Shown here: positions 8,491-17,504 of the stretch, in pieces
Position numbering within the stretch: position 1 is the stretch's first letter
Layout of the letters: the number at the start of each line of letters is the position of its first letter
From: an uncultured Fibrobacteraceae bacterium
Lineage (GTDB): Bacteria; Krumholzibacteriota; Krumholzibacteriia; LZORAL124-64-63
NCBI GenBank assembly: GCA_964343835.1
Contig: CAYFKR010000008.1
Span: forward strand, 64,318-128,317
Length of the DNA stretch: 64,000 nt
Reading direction: 5' to 3'
Position numbers and translations under genes: made by a program
The notes under the pieces: model-generated
Told to the model about the DNA's origin: nothing
Seen by the model: only the letters and a program-made list of their open reading frames with translations
Databases searched by the model: none

Positions 8491-11400
8491 CTAGAAAAAG
8501 CCTCCGCCGGTGGATCCCATGCCCCCGCCGACGAGATCCTCACGTCCCTTGGTGACCTTGATGTCCGGGATCGCCTTCAACCGCACGACGAAACCGAACT
8601 GGGAATCCACCGAACTCACGGTGCGCTGGAAGCGCAGGGACCAGCAGTGCAGGTCCTTCTCCAGGCTCCACGACTGCTGCGACACGAGCCCCGTGTTCAG
8701 GTCGTAGCCGGACCGCCACGTGGCCTTCCAGGTGCGGGTCAGCGTAGCGCTGGCGCTGAGGGTCAGGCGCGCCGTGGTGTCGTCGGTGAGGTGGTTCCTG
8801 GAGAAACGGAGGCCGCCGCTGGCCCGCCAGGGGATGTAGCGGCCGCCCTCGGTCTCGTCGCGGCCGCCCTCGTCGGAGTCCTGGGTGAACTGGAGGGCGG
8901 GATCGTAGAGATCCCGTTCGCTGTCCTCGAACCCGTCGTCGAGCCACTCCTCATCCTCGTCCTCCCATTCGCCGTCGCCGAAGGGATCAGCGTCCGGGTC
9001 GGTTTCCTGGTCCAGGGAGTCGAGTTCGGCCAGGGCCGCGATGGCCTCATTGGTCTCGGGCTCGGGAACGACGATCTCGCCGCCCGTATCGATGCGACCC
9101 GAGACGCCGAGGTTGTAGTTGAAGCGCGTCGACGTGACGCGCATCTCGTACGGGTCGATGCTGCTGTTCACCGTGATCTGGGCGTTGCGGCTGCTGCCGG
9201 GCTTGAAGCGGAAGGTGCTCTGGATCGTGGACCAGCGGTCGTCCCGGTCCAGGTCCGGGTCGTAGCTCGTGCTCAGGTTCCAGTCGACGACGCCGTCCAG
9301 CTTCCGGAACGATTCGGTCGAGTCGGCGGACGCCTCGCCGTCGTCGGCGAATTTCAGGTCGATGCGGTTGCCCAGGGTGAAGCCGAAGCGCTGGTCCGCG
9401 GTCTGGGTGCCGCCGATCTCCGGTCGCCAGGAATGGCTCATGCTGAACTTCATGGTGTGGCGCATGCCGCGCAGCGACCCGATCCGCGGGTAGAAGAGGC
9501 CGTAGAGGGTGGTCGAGGCGCTGGAGTTCATGCCCAGACTCTTGGCGCTCTCCTCGACGAACTGGGTCGCGTCCGACAGGACGGTGTCGCCCTCGACGAC
9601 CTGGAAGAAGTCGCCGCTCCCCTCGTCGCGCTGCCAGTTGAAGCCCGCGCTCACGCCCGTCGACACGTTGAAGATCCACAGCCGCGGCGGCTTGATGCTC
9701 AGGGACAGGTTCCCGGACGCGTTGTCCTTGCGCAGGCTCGTGGTCTCCTTCTCGGTGCGGGTCGACGACGCCCTGTAGTTGTGGGACAGGTAGGTGTTGC
9801 GGAGCACGTTGCCCAGGAACGAGCCCTTCCTGCCGCCGCGCAGGGGCGGCATCAGCGCCCGGCTCTTGAACGACACGGAGAGTTGGGGGAAGTGCTGGGT
9901 CGAGACCAGGTTGTTGGTCAGGATGTTCTCGTCGCCGGCGTTGACGATCTCCTCGCGCTTGAAGGCCAGCGACCCGCTGAGGTTCTCCCAGTTTCGCCCG
10001 ATGCTCACGTTGGAGATCCGGCGCGGGTTCACGACCTGGGTGTAGTCGCCGAGCAGGTCCTCGCGCTCCACCGTGCTGCTGGACATCTTGAGGTCCGCGC
10101 TGAAGCGGTAGTCGTCCAGGAGCTGGGGCTGGTCGTGGCGCCACTGGAGCTGCCATTCCTTCGTCTGGGGACCGTTGCCCAGGGTCGTACGTCGCGAGTA
10201 GCGGACGCTGCCGTTGAAGGCGTCGCGGAGCACGTAGCGGTTGTTGATCTGCCAGGTGAGCTGGCGCCGCTCGTTGTAGTCGCCGAGGAACGAGAAATCG
10301 GTGTAGTCGTTGGTGGCCCAGTAGTAGCCCCAGTTGCGGATGTAACGGCCCGTGCGGCTGCCCCAGCCGGAGTCGAAGGTCGGAAAGTGGATTCCCGAAC
10401 GCCGGCCGGTCTCCAGGTTCTTGAAGTAGAAGGGCAGGGCCACCAGGGGCACCTCGCCGATCTTCATGACGATGGGCGCGGCCACCACCTTGTCGTCGAG
10501 CTGGATCTTCATCCTGTCGGCCCAGAAGTGGTAGTGGGGCTTGGACAGGTTGCAGGACGTCATGCGGCCGCCGCGGATCTTCAGGTCGCCGTCGCCGAAG
10601 CGCTTGATGTGCCGCCCCACGTAGAAGTACTCGTCCATGGTGGTGGCGCCGTCACGGACCGCGCCGGTGCGGTTGCCGAAGTCGTAGGCCATGTCCACGC
10701 CGGCGATCTTCTGGGCGCCGTCCACCAGCAGGGGCTGCTCCTCGGCATAGAGTTCTCGGGACTCGGTGTCCATGCGGATGTCGCCGGCCTTGAGGTCCAG
10801 GGTGCCGTACACGAGCTGCCCGTCGCCGCGGATGGCGATCTGACGCTTGCCGAGCTGAAAGATCCCCATGTCGCCGCTGTACTCCACGGTCTCGCGCAGG
10901 GAGGAGAAGTCGAGGCCGTCGCCGCCGGTGGTGTCGGCGGCGCCGAGGGCCAGGATCCGGCCGGCGGCCTCGGCCACGGCGCTGTCGCCCGCCGCGAACC
11001 CGCCCTCCGCCAGGGCGCCCAGCAGGACGAGGCCCATGGCCGGGTCCATCTCCGCGAGGCCGGAGCGGACGAGTTCCGGGTCGAGCGAAAGGGAGTCGGG
11101 AATCATGGCCGCCATGAGGGAGTCGGGACGGGCCGCCAGCAGGCTGTCCAGGGCCGCCACGGCCTCCTCGGCGGCCTCCTCCACCTCGTCCAGCCGCACG
11201 AAGGAATAGGTGCCCTTCATGGTCCCGCGCACGTCCACCTGGCGGATGCGGCGATCCTTGAAGCCGAGCACGATGGTGTCGCCCGAGACGTCGTTGTACG
11301 CCACCTCCTTGGCGGCTTCGGCGGGCACGTAGACGCTCCTCGCCCCGCCCACGACGAGGGAGCGCACGGGCTCGCCGTCGTCCATGTCCACGGTGATGGT

Positions 11401-12354
11401 GTCGCCGGTCAGGGTGTCGGTGTCGGGCAGGCCGCGGTACTGCGCGGCCAGTTCGGCGGGCTCCGTGTCCACCACGCTGGCGTCGCCCTCCAGTCGCACG
11501 CGCTTCATCTTCCCGTCCTCGTACCAGTACTCCACGGCCGAGGCGGAGAAGGTGCCGCCCTCCCCGTCGTCCATGACCGGGGGGCCGCCCGTGAGCCTCA
11601 TGCGCTCGCGGCCGAAGATGCGGGCGGTATCGGCCACCGCCACCGACTTGCCCTGGCGGATGCGGACGCTGTCCACCATCACCACGCGGTCGAGGTCGCG
11701 CAGGAAATCCATGACCCGCGCCTCGGCCAGCAGGGGGTCGGCGCCCTGGTCGCGGCTCTCCAGCAGGGGCTCGCGGTCCACGGTCATGCGGCCGCCGCCG
11801 CGGTCGAAGGTGGCGTGACCGCCCTTCACGACGCTGGCGGCCCCCGGCTCCACGAGGATCACGTTGCCCCATGCTTCGCCGGTGTCCGACTCCTCGTAGC
11901 TGGCGATGGAGTCGGCGTGGACCACGTAGTCGGGAGAGACCACCCGGGCATCGCGGATCAGCAGGAACATGTCGCCCTCGCGGCGCATCTCGGCGCGGCG
12001 GCTGGTGGCGATGCGGTCGGCGTCGACCAGGCGCACGTCGCCCTCGAAATCGGCGTCGCGGGTGCGGTCGTTGTAGAAGGCGGCGGCGCAGGTGAGGACG
12101 GCCTCGCCGCGGGTGGCGCGGACGTGGCCGAAGAAGTCGTACTCCTCGGTGTCCTCGTAGAAGAGGGCGGAGTCGGCGGCCACGGTCAGCGAATCGCGGA
12201 CGATCAGCACGTCGCCGTAGAGATGGGTCACGGGCTCGCCGTCGATGACGCGATGGACCATGCGCTCGGCCCGCGTGTCCACGACGGCGGGTTGCGCCGC
12301 CGCCAGGGAGGCGGCGAGCGTCATCGCGACGGCGATGCCGAAGAGGCCCCTCAT
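8491..12354 (-). CDS. very large outer-membrane protein, putative LptD/OstA-family (LPS-assembly) with internal acidic insertion
   Basis: Signal peptide MRGLFGIAVAMTLAASLAAAQ. N-terminal OstA-like beta-jellyroll repeats. Long C-terminal region rich in barrel-like alternating strands (W/Y/F, N/S/T). Acidic insertion DPDADPFGDGEWEDEDEEWLDDGFEDSERD. Confidence 0.4.
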   Translation of the reverse strand: MRGLFGIAVAMTLAASLAAAQPAVVDTRAERMVHRVIDGEPVTHLYGDVLIVRDSLTVAADSALFYEDTEEYDFFGHVRATRGEAVLTCAAAFYNDRTRDADFEGDVRLVDADRIATSRRAEMRREGDMFLLIRDARVVSPDYVVHADSIASYEESDTGEAWGNVILVEPGAASVVKGGHATFDRGGGRMTVDREPLLESRDQGADPLLAEARVMDFLRDLDRVVMVDSVRIRQGKSVAVADTARIFGRERMRLTGGPPVMDDGEGGTFSASAVEYWYEDGKMKRVRLEGDASVVDTEPAELAAQYRGLPDTDTLTGDTITVDMDDGEPVRSLVVGGARSVYVPAEAAKEVAYNDVSGDTIVLGFKDRRIRQVDVRGTMKGTYSFVRLDEVEEAAEEAVAALDSLLAARPDSLMAAMIPDSLSLDPELVRSGLAEMDPAMGLVLLGALAEGGFAAGDSAVAEAAGRILALGAADTTGGDGLDFSSLRETVEYSGDMGIFQLGKRQIAIRGDGQLVYGTLDLKAGDIRMDTESRELYAEEQPLLVDGAQKIAGVDMAYDFGNRTGAVRDGATTMDEYFYVGRHIKRFGDGDLKIRGGRMTSCNLSKPHYHFWADRMKIQLDDKVVAAPIVMKIGEVPLVALPFYFKNLETGRRSGIHFPTFDSGWGSRTGRYIRNWGYYWATNDYTDFSFLGDYNERRQLTWQINNRYVLRDAFNGSVRYSRRTTLGNGPQTKEWQLQWRHDQPQLLDDYRFSADLKMSSSTVEREDLLGDYTQVVNPRRISNVSIGRNWENLSGSLAFKREEIVNAGDENILTNNLVSTQHFPQLSVSFKSRALMPPLRGGRKGSFLGNVLRNTYLSHNYRASSTRTEKETTSLRKDNASGNLSLSIKPPRLWIFNVSTGVSAGFNWQRDEGSGDFFQVVEGDTVLSDATQFVEESAKSLGMNSSASTTLYGLFYPRIGSLRGMRHTMKFSMSHSWRPEIGGTQTADQRFGFTLGNRIDLKFADDGEASADSTESFRKLDGVVDWNLSTSYDPDLDRDDRWSTIQSTFRFKPGSSRNAQITVNSSIDPYEMRVTSTRFNYNLGVSGRIDTGGEIVVPEPETNEAIAALAELDSLDQETDPDADPFGDGEWEDEDEEWLDDGFEDSERDLYDPALQFTQDSDEGGRDETEGGRYIPWRASGGLRFSRNHLTDDTTARLTLSASATLTRTWKATWRSGYDLNTGLVSQQSWSLEKDLHCWSLRFQRTVSSVDSQFGFVVRLKAIPDIKVTKGREDLVGGGMGSTGGGFF

Positions 12355-13301
12355 CCCCCGTCGACCTTCTCCCGTGCCAGGGCCGCGGCGCCCATGGCCG
12401 CCGCCCGGTTGCCCAGGGCCGCGGCCACGATGGGCACCGCCCTGCTCCGCTCCCCGAGCACCACGCCCGGCGCCGTCTCGCGGCAGGGCCCGAGCAGCAG
12501 GTCGCCCGCACGGGCCACCCCGCCGCCGATGATCACCACGTCGGGGTCCAGGGCGTTGACCAGGTTGCCCACGGCGAGGCCGAGCATGCGCCCGGCGTCT
12601 CGGAACAGGCTCAGGGCGGCGGCGTTGCCGTCGGCGGCCAGGGCGGCCAGGGATTCCGGGGTCGGGTCGCCTGCGCAGAGGTCGGCCAGCGCCGGATCGG
12701 CGTCGGCGCGGCGCCGGGCCTCGGCCACCAGACCGCGGGCGCCGGCGTAGGCCTCCAGACAGCCGCGGTTGCCACAGCCGCAGGGCGGGCCGTCGGGGTC
12801 GAGGATCATGTGGCCCAGCTCTGCGGCGCCGCAGCGGTTGCCCACCACAAGCTGGCCGTGCACGACGATGCCGCCGCCCACGCCCGTGCCCAGGGCGAGC
12901 ATCACGAGGTCGTCAAGCCCGCGGCCGGCGCCGAAGCGCCACTCGCCGACGAGCGCGCCGTTGACGTCGTTGACCAGGGCGCAGGGTCGGCCGTCCCAGG
13001 TGTCGGCCACGGCGCCCGCCAGGTCCGAGTTCTCCCAGCCGAGCAGGTTGGGGGCCCGCCCCAGGGTGCCGGCGGCGGGGTCCACGATGCCGGCGCAGGC
13101 CAGGCCCACGGCGCGGACGCGGGGCCAGTCGTCGCCCAGACGCGTCGCGACCGCGTCGGCCAGGGCCGCGAGGGTCGCGTGGGCGCTGGCGGCGTCCGTG
13201 GGGATCTCCCCCTCGATGCGGACGGATCCGGCGTCGTCCACGGCCGCGTACTTGACCGCCGTGCCGCCGACGTCGGCGCCGATCACCAGGGTGTCGGTCA
13301 T
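12351..13301 (-). CDS. ROK-family sugar kinase (glucokinase / N-acetylglucosamine kinase-like)
   Basis: VIGADVGGTAVKYA ATP motif. ROK zinc motif GHMILDPDGPPCGCGNRGCLE. Start MTDTLVIG at 13301; 4-nt overlap with the downstream gene. Confidence 0.7.
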   Translation of the reverse strand: MTDTLVIGADVGGTAVKYAAVDDAGSVRIEGEIPTDAASAHATLAALADAVATRLGDDWPRVRAVGLACAGIVDPAAGTLGRAPNLLGWENSDLAGAVADTWDGRPCALVNDVNGALVGEWRFGAGRGLDDLVMLALGTGVGGGIVVHGQLVVGNRCGAAELGHMILDPDGPPCGCGNRGCLEAYAGARGLVAEARRRADADPALADLCAGDPTPESLAALAADGNAAALSLFRDAGRMLGLAVGNLVNALDPDVVIIGGGVARAGDLLLGPCRETAPGVVLGERSRAVPIVAAALGNRAAAMGAAALAREKVDGG

Positions 13302-14710
13302 GGATCCATCCTTCCGCTCAGGACGTCCGACGCAGGGCGGACCGTCCGGGTCTCCTCCAGGTCGCGCACCCCGAGACGCCAGAGGGCGTCTGCCACGAGG
13401 AAGCACGAGCCGGTGCACAGCACGGCGTCGCCGGGGCCGGCGCGCCGGGCCAGGTCGTCGAGGGCGTCGTCGAGGTCGCGATGGACGACCGCGTCATTGT
13501 CTCCCGCGAGTCCCCAGCGGTCCATCAACGATTCCAGCTCTTCCGGGTTCCGCGATCGCGGCAGGGCCACCGGGGCGCACACCACCGAATCGGCCTCGCG
13601 GAGCAGCCGGCCCGCGGCGTCGCCGGGGTCCTTGTCGTGCATGCCGCCGAACAACACATGGCGCCGGCCCTCGCACGGGCGCCCGAGGAACGTCCGCAGC
13701 ACGCCCTCGAGGGCCTCGGGGTTGTGGGCCGTGTCCACGAACCAGTCGGGCCCCGACAGCACCTGCTGGAAGCGGCCGGGCAGGAAGAGCCGACGCAGGG
13801 ATGCGGCGGCGTCCGTCACGTCCGGCACCACGCCGCGCCCGGCCAGCTCCTCCAGGGCCATCAGGGCCAACCCGGCGTTGCGGCGCATCACGGGCGAGCC
13901 GAGGTCCGGCAGGCCGTCGTGCACGCGGGTGCGGGTGGTCAGGCGCCAGCCGTCGCCGTCGTCGTCGATGCGGGTCAGCTCGTCCAGGAAGTGGGCCGGG
14001 GCGCCGGCGGCCACGGCGGCGGCGAAGGCTCGGGACTTCAGGTCGCCGGTCAGGGCAGTGAAGAAAGGCACGCCTTCCTTGAGCAGCCCCAGCTTCTCGT
14101 CGGCGATCTCCTCCACCGTCTCCCCCAGGATGTGCTGGTGGTCCAGGGAGACGCCGGTCAGCAGCACCGCCGCGGGGGGCAGGGCGTTGCTGGCGTCGAG
14201 CCGCCCGCCGAGGCCCGTCTCGCAGCATAGAACGTCCACGCCGGCGTCTCGGCTCAGGCCGACGGCGGCGGCGGTGAGGGTCTCGAACCAGCTGGACTCG
14301 TGGCGATCCACCGACGGGCGGAGGGATTCGACCATGGACCGGAAGGCGTCCGGATCCACGGGCCGGTCGTCGAACGTGAGCCGCTCGTGGACGCGCAGCA
14401 GATGGGGGCTGGTGTAGCAGGCCACCTTGAGGCCGGCGTCCTGGAGCAAGCGGGCCAGCATGCGCGTGGTGCTGCCCTTGCCGTTGGTGCCTGCGGTGAC
14501 GAGGGTCGTCAGCCCCTGCTCGGGATGACCCATGTCTTCGAGCAGGCCGCGGACCCGTCCCAGGCCGGGGCGGATGCCCTTGCGGTTCAGGGCGAAGAGC
14601 CAGCGCGTGACGGGGCAGTCGGCGGCGAAGGGAGGGCGCGCGTCGACGCGCACCCCGGGCTCGCCCGGGAAGACGGGGTCGGCGGGAGTCCCGCGGGAGG
14701 GATCGCTCAT
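13298..14710 (-). CDS. folC: folylpolyglutamate synthase / dihydrofolate synthase (Mur-ligase family)
   Basis: P-loop VTAGTNGKGST and the Mur ligase central/C-terminal pattern. Conserved accD-folC gene order. Confidence 0.8.
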   Translation of the reverse strand: MSDPSRGTPADPVFPGEPGVRVDARPPFAADCPVTRWLFALNRKGIRPGLGRVRGLLEDMGHPEQGLTTLVTAGTNGKGSTTRMLARLLQDAGLKVACYTSPHLLRVHERLTFDDRPVDPDAFRSMVESLRPSVDRHESSWFETLTAAAVGLSRDAGVDVLCCETGLGGRLDASNALPPAAVLLTGVSLDHQHILGETVEEIADEKLGLLKEGVPFFTALTGDLKSRAFAAAVAAGAPAHFLDELTRIDDDGDGWRLTTRTRVHDGLPDLGSPVMRRNAGLALMALEELAGRGVVPDVTDAAASLRRLFLPGRFQQVLSGPDWFVDTAHNPEALEGVLRTFLGRPCEGRRHVLFGGMHDKDPGDAAGRLLREADSVVCAPVALPRSRNPEELESLMDRWGLAGDNDAVVHRDLDDALDDLARRAGPGDAVLCTGSCFLVADALWRLGVRDLEETRTVRPASDVLSGRMDP

Positions 14711-14713
14711 GGG

Positions 14714-15595
14714 TCAGTGGCGGAACGGCTGGCGCATCGAGACGTCCCGGCCGTCGGTGAACCAGTGCAGCACCTCGGCCAGGCGGTCGTGCAGGTCACG
14801 GCGGTGGACGATCATGTCGATCATGCCGTGTTCCAGCAGGAACTCCGACGACTGGAAGCCCTCGGGCAGCTCGCTGTTGATGGTCTGCTCGATCACGCGG
14901 GGACCGGCGAAGCCGATCAGGGCGCCGGGCTCGGCCATGATCACGTCGCCCAGCTGGGCGTAGCTCGCGGTCACGCCGCCGGTGGTCGGGTTGGTCAGGA
15001 TGGAGATGAAGGGCAGGCCCTCCTCCCGCAGCCGGTTGAGCATGGCGCTGGTCTTGGCCATCTGCATCAGCGACAGCAGCGACTCCTGCATGCGGGCGCC
15101 GCCGGAGCGGGACAGGATGATCGCCGCGGTGCGGTCGGCCACGCAGTCCTTGAGCATCCGCGCCAGTTTCTCGCCCACCACCGAGCCCATGCTGCCGCCC
15201 ATGAACGTGAAGTCCATGATGCCGAGGCCCACGGGCATGTCGTCGATCTCGCCGCGGCCCACCACGACGGCGTCGTCGCGGCCGGTCTTCTTGAGGCTGG
15301 CCTTGATGCGGTCGTCGTAGGACTTGGAGTCCTTGAAGCCCAGGGGGTCCCGGGAGGTGATGCCGCGGTGGGTCTCGTTCCACGAGCCCTCGTCCAGCAG
15401 CAGCTCCAGGTACTGGTCGGTGGAGATCCGCAGGTGGTGCTGGCAGTTGCCGCAGACCCAGAGGCTCCGGGACAGCTCCCTGTGGTAGAGCACGTCGCCG
15501 CACGAGGGGCACTTGCTCCACAGGTTGTCCGGGATCTCCTTCTTCTGGGTGGTGAGGGCCTTGATGCCCTTCTTGGCCTGTGTCAACCAGGACAC
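14714..15595 (-). CDS. accD: acetyl-CoA carboxylase carboxyltransferase beta subunit
   Basis: N-terminal zinc ribbon CPSCGDVLYHREL...CGNCQHH and the carboxyltransferase domain FMGGSMGSVVGEK. Confidence 0.85.
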   Translation of the reverse strand: MSWLTQAKKGIKALTTQKKEIPDNLWSKCPSCGDVLYHRELSRSLWVCGNCQHHLRISTDQYLELLLDEGSWNETHRGITSRDPLGFKDSKSYDDRIKASLKKTGRDDAVVVGRGEIDDMPVGLGIMDFTFMGGSMGSVVGEKLARMLKDCVADRTAAIILSRSGGARMQESLLSLMQMAKTSAMLNRLREEGLPFISILTNPTTGGVTASYAQLGDVIMAEPGALIGFAGPRVIEQTINSELPEGFQSSEFLLEHGMIDMIVHRRDLHDRLAEVLHWFTDGRDVSMRQPFRH

Positions 15596-15716
15596 GTCGA
15601 CCTCCCCTGCGGTTGAACTCTGCTGTCGGATCGCATGATGGGCCGCTCCGTCGGCGGCGGTCCCCCACGATAGCCATTCCCTCCGGGCGAAACAACCGAA
15701 AACGGGAGGAACACGG

Positions 15717-16199
15717 TCAGGACAGGTGACCTTCGGCTTCGAGGTCGAGGGTCAGGATCAGGGCATCCTCGCCGTTGTCCGCATAATAATGCGGACGCCT
15801 GCCCCGCTCCCTGAATCCATGGCGCCAATAGAACGATCTCGCCGGCGCGTTGGATACCCTGACTTCGAGGGTGGCGGAGGTGCATCCCGAACCGACGGCT
15901 TCGGCCAATCCGGCCTCCAGCAGCAGCGTCCCGAATCCCCGACGCCGGCCGCCCGGCGCCACGCCCAGGTTCACGATGTGGTACTCGTCCGCCACGATCC
16001 AGGCCATCAGATAGCCTTCCACGACGCCCGCGACCTCCAGGGCGAGGGGACGACGCCGGTCGTCCGCGATCAGCTCGGGGATCAGGGCTCCAATGGGCCA
16101 GGGGTCCTCGAAGCAGAGCTGCTCGAGGGTGAGGATCCGGGGCAGGTCGTCGGGGCGCCCGCGGCGCACCGTCACCCCGTCGCCCGTCACGGGGACTCT
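15717..16199 (-). CDS. rimI: ribosomal-protein-alanine N-acetyltransferase (GNAT)
   Basis: GNAT acetyl-CoA motif LGVAPGGRRRGFGTLLL. Follows tsaE-tsaB as in the canonical cluster. Start approximate (GTG near 16199). Confidence 0.6.
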   Translation of the reverse strand, partial: RVPVTGDGVTVRRGRPDDLPRILTLEQLCFEDPWPIGALIPELIADDRRRPLALEVAGVVEGYLMAWIVADEYHIVNLGVAPGGRRRGFGTLLLEAGLAEAVGSGCTSATLEVRVSNAPARSFYWRHGFRERGRRPHYYADNGEDALILTLDLEAEGHLS

Positions 16200-16987
16200 T
16201 CTCCGGGCCGTCGGTCCTCCATGGCGGCGAGGCCTTCCTCGGCGTCGGCAGGCGTCAGGTCCAGCCCCCTCTTGACCTCGGCGTCGGACGCCCGCAGGTA
16301 CAGGGGCTGAAGCGCGAAGGCGTCGGTGTCGGCCAGGGGGCCGTCGGCGAGGCTCGCCGCCCAGGCCGTGGCCGGCGCCGTGGCCGGGTGCGACGTCGAC
16401 CAGCAGCGCAGCACGGGCTCGCCCTTTGCGGCCAGCTCCGGGCGCAGGGTCTCGCCCTCCCCCAGCAGCAGCGGAGCGCCGCTGCCGGCGAAGCAGGGGG
16501 CGTCCGGGTCGGGGACAGCGGCGAGCACCGCCTCCCACCAGGCGTCGTACGAGCGCGCCGCATCGGCGACGACGGGCGCCACCCAGTCGCCGTCGCGGCG
16601 GTAGACCCCGGCGAAGACCTCGCCCCTGCGGGCGTCCAGGGCCGGCACGGCCCACTCGCGGTCCGCATGCTCCAGGAGCATGGCCGCGGCCATGGCCTCC
16701 AGGGTCGACACGCCCTTCAGGGGCACGCCCAGGGCGTAGGCCAGGGCTTTCGCCGTGGCCACGCCGATGCGCACGCCCGTGAAGCTGCCGGGTCCCCGGG
16801 TCACCGCCAGGACGTCCACGTCCGCCAGGGCCGTGCCGTGCTCCTCCAGCATGGCCTCCATGACGGGCAGCAGGGCGTCGGCGTAGCTGCCCATGACGTT
16901 GTGGGGTCGGTAGACCAGCACCTCGCCGTCGCGGGCGAGGGCGAAGCGTCCCCAGGGGGTGGCGGTGTCGAAGGCAAGGGCGAGCAC
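16187..16987 (-). CDS. tsaB: tRNA t6A biosynthesis protein TsaB (YeaZ)
   Basis: MLALAFDTATPWGRFALARDGEVL... N-terminal Kae1/YeaZ pattern (LALDTST type). Sits beside tsaE and rimI. Confidence 0.75.
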   Translation of the reverse strand: MLALAFDTATPWGRFALARDGEVLVYRPHNVMGSYADALLPVMEAMLEEHGTALADVDVLAVTRGPGSFTGVRIGVATAKALAYALGVPLKGVSTLEAMAAAMLLEHADREWAVPALDARRGEVFAGVYRRDGDWVAPVVADAARSYDAWWEAVLAAVPDPDAPCFAGSGAPLLLGEGETLRPELAAKGEPVLRCWSTSHPATAPATAWAASLADGPLADTDAFALQPLYLRASDAEVKRGLDLTPADAEEGLAAMEDRRPGEESP

Positions 16988-16988
16988 G

Positions 16989-17495
16989 TCAGTCCTCCTC
17001 CATCAGGGCGCGCCAGGGAGCGGGCACGTCGGGACGGCCCAGCAGGCGCCACTCGCGGTCGTCGGGACCGTCGCCGGGGGTGACCAGGAGCTCCAGGCGG
17101 TCGCGGAGCCAGGGCACCAGGGGATCGGGCCATTCCACGAGCAGCACGGCGGAACCGGCGTCCACGTCGTCCAGCATGGCTTCCACGCCGATGTCGTGGA
17201 GATCGTCCTCCGCGGTCAGGCGGTAGAGATCCAGATGGTGCACCGTGAGGCGGCCGACGTAGGTGTTGACCAGGGTGAACGTGGGCGAGTTGACCTCGGG
17301 ATCGTCCACCTCGAGGCCCCGGCTCAGGCCCTGGACGAAGAGGGTCTTGCCCGCACCGAGAGGCCCCCACAGCAGGATGGTCTCGCCGCCGCGCAGCAGC
17401 GAGGCGGCTTCCATGCCGAAGGCGAAGGTCTCGTCCGGCGACGCGCTGCGGCGACGCAGGGGGAACGAGGAGGGGTCGGGCAGGGGGTGCTCCAC
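16989..17495 (-). CDS. tsaE: tRNA t6A biosynthesis ATPase TsaE (YjeE)
   Basis: Walker A LWGPLGAGKTLFVQG. Signature NSPTFTLVNTY...HHLDLYRL. Confidence 0.75.
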   Translation of the reverse strand: MEHPLPDPSSFPLRRRSASPDETFAFGMEAASLLRGGETILLWGPLGAGKTLFVQGLSRGLEVDDPEVNSPTFTLVNTYVGRLTVHHLDLYRLTAEDDLHDIGVEAMLDDVDAGSAVLLVEWPDPLVPWLRDRLELLVTPGDGPDDREWRLLGRPDVPAPWRALMEED

Positions 17496-17504
17496 GTCCG
17501 GCTC

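Noticed and set aside
8647-12750. 1367-aa plus-strand ORF antisense to the LptD-like gene
   Set aside because: Low-complexity G/A/V/R-rich translation with no motifs. Mirror artefact of the real minus-strand gene.
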